NCBI GenBank assembly: GCA_964016885.1
Contig: OZ024740.1
Span: 236,530,001-236,594,000 of the forward strand
Direction of reading: 5' to 3'
From: Eledone cirrhosa
Taxonomy: Eukaryota
Length of the DNA: 64,000 bases
The notes under the pieces: model-generated
The model's database searches: none
What the model was told of the DNA's origin: nothing
Seen by the model: only the letters and a program-made list of their open reading frames with translations
Made by a program: the position numbers and the translations under genes
In this document: piece by piece, positions 13,248 to 25,463 of the stretch
Layout: each line of letters starts with the position of its first letter
Position numbering within the stretch: position 1 is the stretch's first letter

Positions 13248-13418
13248 GTGTCTATATTGTATCTGTATTTTTGACATTTGGTCAGTCAATGGTAACATTG
13301 AGGACTGAATAAATTAGATTACTGATATAAAAGACACAGAAGCGAAAACCAACCAAACAGTGAGTGTATTCTGTTATTAATTCTGGCAATATTATTACAC
13401 AAATATGACCCTCCCCAA

Positions 13419-13468
<50 letters not shown>

Positions 13469-13476
<8 letters not shown>

Positions 13477-14153
13477 TAAAATAACAGATTAAAGTTTAAG
13501 CAAAGAATCGCTGCTTTCACCCTTAACGGGATCTTCTGAAACTAACAAAGTCAATCTGTAAACGCAGAAGTGGATATTTCAAAAAACGTTGCAACCGGAG
13601 GAAGACAGGAAGACGATACTTTGGTTCGTGGAAACGTTCACTGGCAAAGAACGGGGAAAAAACGAATATAATACGTCATTAATAGGAGCTGTGAAAAACA
13701 ATTACGCGCAAAGACAGAACCACGTTTGTGGTATAAAAGAGGTCGTAGACTAATGTTCTCTTAGGTGGTGCATAGAGACGTTCTCTGGTAATGAACGGAA
13801 AAAACGAAGATAATACGTGGTTCTGTCTTTGCGCGTAATTGTTTTTCACCGCTCCTATTAATGACGTATTATATTCGTTTTTTCCCGTTCTTTGCCAGCG
13901 AACGTTTCCACGAACCAAAGTATCGTCTTCCTGTCTTCCTCCGGTTGCAACGTTTTTTGAAATATCCACTTCTGCGTTTACAGATTGACTTTGTTAGTTT
14001 CAGAAGATCCCGTTAAGGGTGAAAGCAGCGATTCTTTGCTTAAACTTTAATCTGTTATTTTAATAAATATTTGCTCTACGGTTCTTATATATTTGATATA
14101 TATTTATCCTTATCGAGCCCTCTTTGGATTTTAGTCTTCAAATTTATTATTAT

Positions 14154-14155
<2 letters not shown>
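13469..14155. mobile_element. Palindromic (fold-back) mini-element, about 257-bp arms and 89-bp spacer, inserted in (TA)n
   Basis: 13469-13725 is the near-perfect reverse complement of 13815-14070; a related copy lies at 46244-46370. Confidence 0.85.
13980..14055 (+). ncRNA. Hammerhead-fold RNA with variant core CAGAAGA (mirror copy at 13484-13559, minus strand)
   Basis: Stem I AGTTT/AAACT plus ACAGATTGA/TTAATCTGT, core CAGAAGA, stem II CCC/GGG, GAAA, stem III AGCAG/TTGCT, triplet CUU; folded by eye. Confidence 0.6.
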
Positions 14156-14223
<68 letters not shown>

Positions 14224-14278
14224 ATATACACAACCGGTCCTGGCATTGTTAAATACACTGGGTCTGTCAACTTATTAT

Positions 14279-14319
<41 letters not shown>

Positions 14320-14645
14320 AGATCCAGGGGTAGACTCTGAGCAAGATGATTGGATAACATCCATGAGCTCAGTTGGTCTCACTTGGGGATCCAGTCTGAA
14401 TAGTTGGAAATGATTGCTTCTGACTGGACTTGCTAGAAGATATTGTTGAGGATACTGCCATCATGATCTTATATAATAATAATAATGAAAATATTGTGTA
14501 CAGTGCTCAGGTGCACTACAACTCATCAAAAGTGTCTGTATAGTACATAGGGTAACGTACAAACATCAGGAAAATTAACATCACTGTGGTACACCAAATG
14601 ACATTTCATATGGTGAAGAATGCTGTCCTAGAACCATGAGTGAGT

Positions 14646-14753
14646 GAAGAAGAAGAAGAAGAAGAAGAAGAAGAAGAAGAAGAAGAAGAAGAAGAAGAAG
14701 AAGAAGAAGAAGAAGAAGAAGAAGAAGAAGAAGAAGAAGAAGAAGAAGAAGAA
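14646..14753 (+). repeat. (GAA)n microsatellite, about 36 units
   Basis: Direct reading. Confidence 0.98.
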
Positions 14754-15790
14754 GGTATCAAAATGAGATGATATAACCAAAATTACTGATAAATTTTCAT
14801 GGCTCAAAAGTAGCAATAGATGGCGCTTACATCTTTGCTTTAGCTTAAAACAGATGATATAGGTAAAGTTTAAACATCTTTCAAAGAAATAACAAATAAA
14901 ATAACAGAAGAATCCATCAGATTAAATGCTCAAAAACAGGTGACAGGACTACCCTCAGAAATACAGACAGTCTGTGAAAAAAGGCAAAAAGTTACAACAT
15001 AAATACTGAACAACCTTGATGATATTGTTAGAGCTGAACGATACAAAGAACTAAATAAAAAAGAAAAACAAAAACCTACAAGACACAACTACTACTAAAG
15101 CTGACTTCATAAGCAACCTTTTCAAGTGAGTTCAGGAAACACAAAAGACACCAAAAACCTGGGTTTATATGCATGGTAACACAAAGCATAAAAATGACTA
15201 CAGGCACAAACATGAAAAATACAGGACAATTTCTATCACATAGATACAGGGGAAATTTTTCCGTAGAATTCACCAGGACAGAATGAAAACTGAAAAAGTG
15301 ACAGGAAAAAGTCAATTTGGCTTTGGACCTAGTAGAAGCACACTCAATGCCATTTTTATAATCAGAGAGAACTGAAAAAACAAAAGAATATTAACTCTTT
15401 TCTTAATATCAGAATAAAATCAAGACACTGCAAGTGAGAAGTATCAATAGTGTTAATTATTCCAATAGTGCTTTATGTTCAGAATTCAAACCATGCCAAT
15501 GTCAATTTTCTTTTGTCCTTATGGAGGCAATAAAAAAAAAGTACCAATCAAGTACTGGAGTTGGTTTACTTTCTGAAAATCTATCCTAGAGTTGATTTAC
15601 ATTCCTATAATGCATCATAAATGTGAATAGAATTATAATAAAAGACACAGAATAATATATAAATAGATGAACATTAGATAGATATACAGCTGGTAAAAGT
15701 AAAACTAAGTTGATTTTATTCTACCTATGAAAGACATTGCAATTGTATAGACAATATACAGCCAGTTCATCATTCTCTTACAACAACTAC
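14754..15790 (+). repeat. Intronic segment paralogous to 20160-20560, 21486-21590 and 24360-25400 (duplication unit of the exon array)
   Basis: Shared blocks such as aaccaaaattactgataaatt..catggctcaaa, aagacaccaaaaa..ggtttatatgc and acagccagttca.cattctcttaca, in the same order. Confidence 0.8.
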
Positions 15791-15804
15791 TACTACTACT
15801 AATA

Positions 15805-16125
15805 GATGTAGCTTGCCCTTTCGATACAAGAAAAGGAGAGGGAAAAAATTAGCACCAGGACCTGAAAAGGATTTGGAACTGTCATGAGATCACAGTCATC
15901 CCCATTGTCATGGGAGCACAGGGTACTATCTCGAAGAGTTTCCAAGACTTGTTAAAGACCATCAGCGCAGTCCCTATTTTGGAACACTTCAAACGGCATG
16001 CCTACTCGGAACAGCAAAAACCCTCTGATACATCCTGAATATCTGAGGCTGCGGGTAGAAGCTTGATAATCATTAGGGCAATTATTCCGGTTGAATAACA
16101 TCAATGACTGAGATATCAAGTAAAA
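15805..16125 (+). mobile_element. 3' fragment of an R4/Dong-like LINE (RLE C-terminus and 3' UTR)
   Basis: DVACPFDT..PIVMGA.GTISKSFQ..ACLLGTA..YILNI*; homologous to 52262-52760. Confidence 0.75.
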
Positions 16126-16137
16126 AGTATAATAATG

Positions 16138-16565
16138 GTTTTGGGGGAGGGGAAAGTCGATTAAATCGATCCCAGTGCATGACTCATACTTTATTTTACG
16201 ACCCTGTAAGGATGAAAGGCAAATTTAACCTTGGCAGGATTTGAACTCAGATCATAAAGAGCTGTAACTCTATGCTGCAAAGCATGGTGTCCGACCCTCT
16301 ACTGATAATGCCAATCAACTGTCCTGTAAAAAGTATAATAATAATAATGGTTTCTTATATAGGCACAAGGCCAGCAATTTTGGGGGAGGGGAAAGTCGAA
16401 TAATTCGACCCCAGTGCATTACTGGTACTTTATTTTATCGACCCCGTAAGGATGAAAAGCAAAGTTAACCTCGGCAGGATTTTAACTCAGAACGTAAAGG
16501 GCCGTAACTCTATGCTGCAAAGCTTGGTGTCCGACGCTCTACTCATACTGCCAATCCACCGCCCT
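16138..16565 (-). mobile_element. Two tandem tRNA-derived SINEs (family 1, Deu/Nin-like core)
   Basis: Minus strand shows a B-box-like GAGTTCAAATCC, core GCCTTTCATCCTTACGGGGTCGATAAAATAAAGTACCAG and tail CCTTGTGCC..AGAAA(ATT)n. Confidence 0.8.
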
Positions 16566-16610
16566 GTAAAAAGTATAATAATAATAATAATAATCCATAT
16601 CATATATTAC

Positions 16611-16850
16611 CTCACTCTCTTGACTTTTTACCACCAAATCTGAGCTGTCCTCAATCTTACAATTAACTTCTGTCAGGTCAGTACTCTCTGTGGGTAACTT
16701 GGAACTTAAAGAGTTTTCATAGAGTTGTAAATGTTCTGTGATTTTGTTAACTGGCTGTGGTGTATTTAAGACATTGTACTTGCTGTTTTGTGTGTCCCTG
16801 CTCTCCACTTCAGTAGTAGTAGTATGTGAAAGAACAGGACTCAGAGATAT
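16611..16850 (-). CDS. Host-gene repeated exon R3 (240 bp, phase 0-0), ISLSPVLSH...VKSQESE
   Basis: tttcag acceptor, GAG|gtaata donor, open 80-codon frame, paralogous to 18243-18482 and 30623-30871. Confidence 0.8.
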
Positions 16851-17528
16851 CTGAAAGATGAAGATAGATGTAGTCCAACCTTTGCTAGCAGGCAAAATGT
16901 ATGCTAAATGAGGATGATGATATATTCAGCTTGTTCAATTTTTAAACAAATGAAATAGCTGTATGGTTCAGTTGTTAGACAACTGAACATATAATCATTC
17001 TTGCCTTACTAAATATTTGTTGTATTATTTCTCTAAGCAACTCACACAACTTTACTTGTTCTAGTTAAGCTGACTGATCCTCATCATCATAATCATCATC
17101 ATCGTTTAATGTCCATCTTCCATGCTAGCATGGATATAAAATAGAATCCACTAAACTACTTCCCAGTTGAGTTGTCTCTGGTCAATTTACCAACAAATAA
17201 ACAATTTAAGCCAGTGAAAATGGAATTTATATATATATATATATATATACGAGCGAGACACGGTCACCCGATCAATCTTGACTCAAGTGGGACAATTCCC
17301 CTCTAAGCAATGCTAGCATCGAAGATAGACATTAAACGATGATGATGATGATGATGATTAACCATAATAATATGCCATGTGTGTTTGTTTATTTATCTAT
17401 ATGTGTAACTGTCTGTATCACTTAAAAATTTAAAGACATAAACATACACATAATGCATTTCTTCTTTCAGTTATGTTGCCACAATAAGTTCAGAATTAAG
17501 TTTAGATATGCAAAAAAAAAATTAATTA

Positions 17529-17705
17529 TTTCTACTTTAGGCACAAGGCCAGCAATTACCCAGTGCATTACTGGTACTTTATTTTATCGACTCCGTAAGG
17601 ATGAAATGCAAAGTCAACCTCGGCGGGATTTGAACTCAGATTGTAAAGGGACATAACTATGCTCAAAAGCATGGCGTCCGACCCTCCACCGATACTCCCA
17701 ATCCC
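17529..17705 (-). mobile_element. tRNA-SINE family 1
   Basis: Same core and tail as 16349-16565. Confidence 0.8.
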
Positions 17706-17892
17706 CAAAAATTAATGTCACTGAATATATGTTCCCTTCCACTTTTACTATTTTGGTATTGATAGTATCTACACTTGCAGCTATACACTTTTCAAATTTC
17801 TTATTGCCATTTTTTTTTATGCATGAATATCTGCATCAGATGAATTAGTCAAGATCACATTGTGTGGGAATTTAGATTTTTTTTTTTATACA

Positions 17893-18200
17893 TGGAGGCA
17901 CATGGCTTAGTGGAAAGGTTGTGAGTTCAATTCTCAGACCGGGTGATGTGTTGTTTCCTTGAGCAAGACACTTTATTTCACATTGATCCAATTTACTCAG
18001 CTGTAGAAATGAGATGATAGGGCTAGGGGTCCCTATCATTCCACTGCAAAGTGGTCGTGGAGGTGCCATGGCAAAAAAGCACCCAGCACTCACTGTAAAT
18101 GAGGTTGGTGTTAGGAAGGGCATCCAGCTGTAGAAATCAAGCCAGAATCAGTTCCTGTCCCACCCTTGCAAGCAGGGAAAAAGCAGACGTAAAATGAAAT
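17893..18200 (+). mobile_element. tRNA-SINE family 2 (Meta/V-like core plus RTE-derived tail)
   Basis: A/B-box head (tggcttagtgg, gagttcaattc), core ccttgagcaagacactttatttcacat, RTE-like tail; copies at 46797 and 59730. Confidence 0.8.
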
Positions 18201-18242
18201 GAAATAATCCTAATAGTAATAATAATTCATATCATATATTAC

Positions 18243-18482
18243 CTCACTCTCTTGACTTTTTGCCACCAAATCTGAGCTGTCCCAAATCTTACAATTAACT
18301 TCTGTTTGGTCAGTTTTCTCTGTGGATAACTTGAAATTTAAAGAGTTTCCATAAGGTTGGAAATGTTCTGTAATTCTGTTAGCTAGCCGTGGTGTATTGA
18401 GGAAACTGTACTTGCTGTGTTGTGTATCCTCACTATTCAATTCAGAAGGAGTAGTATAAGAAACAACAGGACTCAGAGACAT
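18243..18482 (-). CDS. Host-gene repeated exon R2 (240 bp, phase 0-0), MSLSPVVSY...AKSQESE
   Basis: tttcag acceptor, gtaata donor, open 80-codon frame. Confidence 0.8.
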
Positions 18483-18840
18483 CTGAAATATAAAGATATA
18501 TTCTTTGAATCAGCTTGTTCAATTTATAAACAAATGAAATACTTGTAAGTTTCAGTTGTTAGGCTACTGAGCATATAGTCATTCTAACCTTACTAAACAT
18601 CTGTTGTGTTATTTCCCTGAGCAAGACACACAACTTTATATGCTCCAGTTAGGCTAACTGATATATAATAGGTACCACTGCCTACAGTTGAGTGGTCAGT
18701 GATAATTTTTCCCACAAATAAACTATCCCTATCCCAGACATGTAACCAAGGAAAAGAGGAATATGTATATAAATATATATATATGTAGTGTTAAAAAATG
18801 ATTCTGTAGAACAGGTAAAGGAAATATACAGAGCTGGAAT

Positions 18841-18964
18841 ATTATAGTATAGTTATCTTCAATATGGTTTTGTTGCTACCATTGACTACCAATCCTGCAT
18901 TCGGTTTAGTTTATCCATTAGAACTTCACCTGCGACACCGTGTTGAAGATAACTATACTATAAT
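18841..18964. repeat. Small inverted repeat, about 28-bp arms
   Basis: attatagtatagttatcttcaa ... ttgaagataactatactataat. Confidence 0.8.
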
Positions 18965-19095
18965 ATAAATATATATATCAATACAAATGTATGACAGAAG
19001 GTGACTTAAGTGGTAGTTATCTGTTCATCTTATAGTGACTGTTATTCTATGTATACTTGGTCCATCAGTTTTATTCCTCTGTAGTTACTCCTTTC

Positions 19096-19895
19096 TAGGG
19101 CAACAACTACAGGGGAATAAAATTTATGGACCAAGTTATGAAAGTGACAGAAACAGTTCTAGCATAGCTAATTAGAAAAAGAGTTGTTGAATTAGATAAG
19201 ATGAAGTTCAGTTTTATGCCTGGACAAAGTACTACAGATGCCCTCTTCTTAGTGAGACAATTGCAAGAGAAGTTCCTAATTAAAAATAAGCTGCTATATC
19301 TATCTTTTGTTGATCTAGAAAAGGCATTTGACAGAGTACCTCATTCTGTTATCTGGTGGTCCTTAAGAAAATTAAGTGTAGAAGAATGGTTTGTGAAAGC
19401 AATACAAGCCATGTATAGAGGAGCTGCCAGTAAAGTGAAAGTAAGAAGTGAGTTCAGTAGGAATTTAAGATGCAGGCAGGAATCCATCAGTTCAGTTCTT
19501 AGCCCATTGCTGTACATCAGTTTTCCAGGCCATAACAGAGGAGTTAAAGACTGGCTATGCATAGGAACTTCTCTATGTAAATGATCTGGTTCTTATAGCT
19601 GAATTCATAAAAGAACTAAAGAATAGGTTCCGACAATGGAAACAGATTTTGGAATCAAAAGGGCTGAGGATAAACTTAGCCAAAACTAAAGTGTACAAAA
19701 GAAGATAGGACCCTGATTCCTTCAGGGATGTGGCCCTGTTGAATATGTAGAAAGGGAGTAGGCATAAATCTTGGGTACACAAGGGATGTAGTGGGATATC
19801 AGGTTGACTAACAGGAAAGGAAGACTTTGTATGTAAATGATGCTATGCTGAAAAGGACCCATCAAACCCATGCAAGTGTGGAGATGATGATGATA
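19096..19895 (+). mobile_element. Old RTE LINE fragment (RT plus partial PHD, deleted 3' part)
   Basis: NYRGIKFMDQ, STTDALFLVRQLQEKF, DLEKAFDRVP; (ATG)n tail. Confidence 0.85.
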
Positions 19896-20659
19896 TATAT
19901 ATATACCAGCTCTATGGAATGAATGGTATATGATAACAAATACCCGTTCTGTCATTTGGGGTAAAGACAGGCAACTAAACCCCCTCAATCAGATAAACTA
20001 TATCTCTAGTCATGACAACTAGTAACCAAAATTAAAAATTAAAAAAAGAAAAGAAGAGAAAAACGGTAATGCATACTACTTTCCACCAAAAAAGGCTCTG
20101 ATCAAATTCTGATCTTGGCAAATTCCATAATTACTTAAAAAGCAAAAGGAAATACAAAAATATCAAAATGATATGCTGTAACCAAAATTACTGATAAATT
20201 CATGGCTCAAACGTTTGAAGTAGCAATCTTTGCTCTAGCTCAAGACAGATAATATAGGTAACGTTTATACATCTTTCAAAGAAGTAACAAATAGAATAAC
20301 AGAAGAATTCATCAACTTGATTACTCAAAAACATGTGGCAAGCCTACCTTTAGAAATATAGACAGTTTGTGAACAAAGGTAAAACATTATAACAAAAAAT
20401 ATTGAGCAATTTGGATGATATTGTAAAAGCTGAAAGATACAAACAACTAAACAAAACAGGAAAAACACAAAAGAACAAAACCTAAAAGACACAAAAACAA
20501 CCTTTTCAAGTGAATTCTTAAAATTAAAAGGAAGATTATAAAAAATGTTAGTCCAATAAAAGATAAATATGGTAAGACAAATACAATTACAGCTGCTGTA
20601 CTTCAATGATGGAAAGACTATTTCAAACAACATGATACTTATTATCATTCTCATTAACC

Positions 20660-21037
20660 CACCGCTGTCATCTTACCCCTCTCGTAGGGTAGAGAAGGGT
20701 TTTGAGTTGTATCAATGGCTGACAAATTTTGTAGCGCTGGTACCACAATAAGACACACCTGATACACTCTGTAAGGTCGTTGGTGATAGGAATGGCATCT
20801 TGCCAAACAAAGGGTAGAAAGGACTCTTCAGTTGTGTTAAAGACATAACAACCTGCCTAATACTGATGGCATGACTGCACAGTATTTCTTGCTCTGTAGA
20901 GTATGGCAACATATATAAGCAAGATGGGTCCAAGCCTATCTGAAAGATTAGTGGCTCCAATTATGTACTGTCTTGTTCTGTGTTGACCCATCCAACCCTT
21001 GCAAGCAGGGAAAACAGATGTTAACTAATGATGATGT

Positions 21038-21070
<33 letters not shown>
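20660..21070 (+). mobile_element. Non-autonomous bipartite RTE derivative (5' UTR motif plus 3' tail)
   Basis: gttggtgataggaatggcatc hairpin motif followed by ccatccaacccttgcaagcagggaaaacagatg(ATG)n; no ORF. Confidence 0.6.
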
Positions 21071-21071
<1 letters not shown>

Positions 21072-21239
21072 CTTTACTCTAAATTCAAACACAATGTGAC
21101 TGTAGTATCAGAGATCCTGAATTTTTTATTTGATGCAGATATCTGTGCATAAATAACAAAACAAGAAATAGGAAAAGGCAATAAAAAGAATGAAAAATGT
21201 AATGCTCTAGGCATGAATAGCGATGATACCAAAATAATT

Positions 21240-21425
21240 GTTTCTACTTTTGGCACAAGGCCAGCAAGTACCCAGTACATTACTGGTACTTTATTTTATC
21301 GACCCTGTAAGGATGAAAGGCAAAGTTAACCTCGGCGGGATTTGAACTCAGACCATAAAGGGCCGTAACTCTTTGCTGTAAAGCATGGCGTCCGACCCTC
21401 TATCGATACTGCCAATCCACTGCCC
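21240..21425 (-). mobile_element. tRNA-SINE family 1
   Basis: Core and tail as above. Confidence 0.8.
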
Positions 21426-21621
21426 AAAATAATTTAAAGAGGAGAGTATTATATGTAACATAATATTTAATATAATACAGAAAACAGAAAAGACACCAAA
21501 AAACACAGGTTTATATGCCGGTAACACCAATGCATAAAAAAGACTACAAGTACAAACATGAAGACTACGGGACAATTTCTCTTTTATAGATCTTTACTCT
21601 AAATTCAAACACAATGTGACT

Positions 21622-24325
21622 ACAGTACAGGAAAAAGAACAAGACGTCGCATCTCAGAGTTGCCACACTTAATGTTGGCACTCTAGCAGGTAGATCTGGT
21701 GAGATAGTGGAAATGCTGGAGAGAAGGCATGTGTGCTGCGTGCAAGAGGTGAGCTGGAGAGGTGCCTCTGCAAGACTAATCGCAGGAAAACATGTTAGTT
21801 ATAAGCTTTTCTGGGTGGGTAATGATGATGGGTTAGGTGGGGTAGACATATTACTTGTTGAGAGATGGATCAATAAGACATTAGAGTTAGTAATAGAATA
21901 ATTAAGCTTAGGTTAGTTGTAGGCAAGAGACTACTGACAATCATCTCTGCCTATTCTCCCCAGGCGGGCCTAGGTATAGAAGACAAAGACTGCTTTTACA
22001 AGCAACTTTTACAAAAAGCCGCAATGACAGAGGACGGAGACATCGTTATGCTAGCAGGGGACTTCATTGGTCATGTTGGACAGCTCCAGGATGGATAACT
22101 GGGGTACATGGTGGACACGGTTACGGCTCAAGAAATGAAGAAGGAGTGAGGCTTCTTGAATTTTGTGATGCAAGTGCACTAACAATTTGCAACACTAACT
22201 TGCAGAAACCTGCCAACCACCTAATAACCTACAAATCAGGCGAGTACATAAACCAGATTGACTTCCTGCTAGTTAGACAGCGAGACAGACAGATGGTGTC
22301 AAATACTAAGGCATACCCCGGGGAAGAATGTACCCCACAGCATAGCTTAGTCGTTAGTGACATCTCAGTAAGCAAGGGAAAGAATGAGACATACAGGAAG
22401 GTGTGGAAAAGAATGGTCTGGAAGCTAAAAGACCTTCACTAAAATATAAATTTAGCAAAGCCCTTCAAGATATGTATGACGAAAAAGAAGACGATTTAGA
22501 GTTGTATGACATAGATGATAACTGGAATTTCTTGCGTGACAACTTACTGCAGGCTACTGAAGAAACTTGTGGCTGGGGCAGAGCTTCAACCAGACAGAGA
22601 GTGACCTGGTGGTGGAACAGCACGGTAGATAGGGCCATTAGAGACAAAAGACTGGCATGAAATGCTGGAAAATTGGTGGGAGTAGAGAAGGATACACAGC
22701 TGCTAAGAGAGAAGCTAGATGTCAGGTGTACTTAGCACGCAGGGAGGCTGAGAGTAGGAGGTTTGCTAATGTTCTGCGATAGGAAGATCAGAGACGTGCG
22801 GTGTTCCACATTGCAAGGATGTTGTTGGAGATAAGTGTGTCCAGAATGATGCCAGTGTACTTAATGTCACGAATAATCAAAAAAAGGAGGCCTGGAAATG
22901 TCATTATGAGAGGTTGATGAATGTGGAGAACGAATGGGACAGAAAGAAATTACCTCCAGTAGACCCGACAGAGATTGAGATTGATGAATATAGGGTACAA
23001 GAGGCAATTAAGGAAATGAAGAATGGTAAGACTGCTGGACCTTCGGGGATAGTTGCTGAGATGCTGAAGCCATCAGGAGAAGTAGGCACTAAACTGGTTG
23101 CATGCATCATCAATCAGGCTATATAAGGTGGTGTCATACCCAAAGACTGGTGCAGCAGTATTCTCATAAATTGCTACAAAGGTAAAGGGGATGCTCTGGA
23201 GAGGAGCAATTATAGGGGCATAAAGCTGATGGATCAGGTTATGAAAGTGGCAGAAAGGATATTAGCGCAACTGATTAGAGAAAGGGTCAAATTAGATGAG
23301 ATGCAGTTTGGTTTTGTGCCTCGAAAAAGTACAACAGATATCCTCTTCTTAGTGAGACAACTACAAGAGAGGTTCTTAGAGAAGAATAAGCCACTATACT
23401 TAGCTTTTGTTGACCTAAAGAGGGCCTTTGATAGGGTACCCCAATATGTCATCTGGTGGCCCCTAAGGAAACTAGGTGTGAGGACAGTGCAAGCTATGTA
23501 CAGGGGTGCTGTCAGTAAAGTGAGAGTAGGAATGGAGTTTAGTGAGGAATTCCAGATACAAGTATGTGTACATCAGGGTTCAGTCCTCAGCCTGCTCTTG
23601 TTCATTATAGTCTTCCAAGCCATAACAGAGGAGTTTAAGACTGGATGCCCATGGGAACTTCTCTATGCTGATAATCTGGTTCTTATAGCAGAATCAGTAG
23701 CGGAGCTAGAGAATAAATTCAGGCTATGGAAACAGCAGTTGGAATCAAGAGGACTGAGAATGAACATAGCTAAGACAAAAGTGTTGATAAGTAGAAGAGA
23801 GGTCACTACTCTGATTCCATCATGGAAATGGCCATGCTCGATATGTAGAAAAGGAACTGCATACGAAAGGACGGTTATATGATGCCTGTGTGAGATGTGC
23901 GATGCTGCATGGTAGTGAGACATGGGCTGCAACTGCAGAGGATATGTGATGACTGGAGAGAAATGAAGCAAGAATGCTCCATTGGATGTGCAATGTCAAT
24001 GTGTGTGAACGACGAAGCATAGATGAGTTGAGAAAGAAACTGTGTCTGAGAGGGATGAATTGTGGTGTGCAGGAGAGAACACTGAGATGGTATGGACATG
24101 TGATGCGCATGGAGGATGACCGCTGGGTAAAGAAGTGCCAAGAAATCCCAGTAGAAGGAAGACGCAGTAGAGGAAGACCACGAAAAACATGGGCGGAGGA
24201 GGTGAGAGCAGACCTCAGATCGCTGAAACTCACGGAGGAGATGACGAAGGATTGTGACAAGTGGAGAGATGCTGTGCTGAATAGGACTCATCCCACCCTT
24301 GTAAGCAGAGAAAAGCGGACGTAAA

Positions 24326-24356
<31 letters not shown>
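21622..24356 (+). mobile_element. RTE LINE (subfamily B), decayed, most of PHD deleted
   Basis: HLRVATLNVGTL APE start; RT motifs; ORF runs into the tail with almost no 3' UTR; (ATG)n. Confidence 0.9.
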
Positions 24357-24357
<1 letters not shown>

Positions 24358-25463
24358 GATACTGAAAATTGTCTGCAGTAGAGTCTTCCAAGACAGAATG
24401 AAAAGTGAAACTGAAAATGTAACAATTTGATTTTAGACTTAGTAGAAACACAGTAAATGCCATTTTTATGATAAAAAAAGAGAACTCGAAAAACAAAAGA
24501 ACATCACCAGAATAAGAAAACTACAACTGAGAGGTATCAACAGTCTTAATTATTCTAATAAGAATAATATAACTGCTGACAGAATCGTTAGAGCATCAAA
24601 CAAAATACATGTGGTATATAGTTTTGACTCTTTAGAGATGTACAGCTGAAAAAAGTCAGTAATGCTATGCTGATTTTATTCTTCATATCAATGGCATTGT
24701 GATTGTATAGATCAGGGGTCGGCAAACTTTTGGGTTGTGCCATATTGCTATACAGTGTCATGTCAGTGAGCTGTGATATCAAATAAGTAAAGAGAACATA
24801 TGTAAAAATGAATACTGTAATTTAATAAAATACTATGACACTTTTAATAAACTGTGACAAGACCACAATACCTGGCAGTGGTGTATTTAGATCACGGTTG
24901 CCATTTGTTCATAACACTGAACACTTTTAATACAGAAAAATAAATAAACATCGATTATTATTGAATATAGTCACTTACAGATGTTTTACTACCAGACAAC
25001 AAACTCAAATGAAAAATTTTGAAGATGAAATGAAATAACTGTATGCCAGACACGCTGACTTGTTTTAAGGAAGTCTGGGTCATTCCACATCCCTGCCATA
25101 CACATACTATGTATGTAGGTATATACACGGATACACAGTCCCCTTGACCTCAATGTCTGACTATTCTATCTGTCTGAGTTTGATTGTTTGTCATTACATT
25201 CAGCTGAGTCTTGTGGCTAGACATTTTTACTAGTCGGTATTCTAATGTAACATAATTAAGAGCACTTTTTCAGGGATCGCTTAGCCTAAAGATTGAAACC
25301 TGTTGGTGGGCCGGACAAAAGTTGTTTGTGGGCCGTGGGTTGCCAACCCCGAGTATAGATTATTTACAGCCAGTTCACCATTCTCTTACATCTACTATTA
25401 CTGCTGTTGCTGCTGCTGCTGCTAATACTGCTACTACTATTACTACTGTTACTTCTAATAATT

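Larger units (their letters stand above)
10561..14281 (-). mobile_element. Penelope-like retroelement (probably Naiad clade) with inverted 5' copy of its 3' end
   Basis: Minus-strand RT (LYGLRKDHK, RPVCGA, GSMDVVSLYPSI, GAAIG, YSRYVDD, LPVLD, KPMA), Cys-rich linker and start of GIY-YIG (RNVVYSIRC). Inverted repeats 10645-10788/13278-13420 and 10561-10640/14200-14281. Clade call is from remembered motif style. Confidence 0.85.

Noticed and set aside
13679-13969. 96-aa ORF in the palindrome
   Set aside because: No recognisable motif, and the mirror arm is frameshifted
14628-14816. Poly-Phe ORF and the YIYI ORFs at 14071-14413 and 46062-46280
   Set aside because: Microsatellite translations
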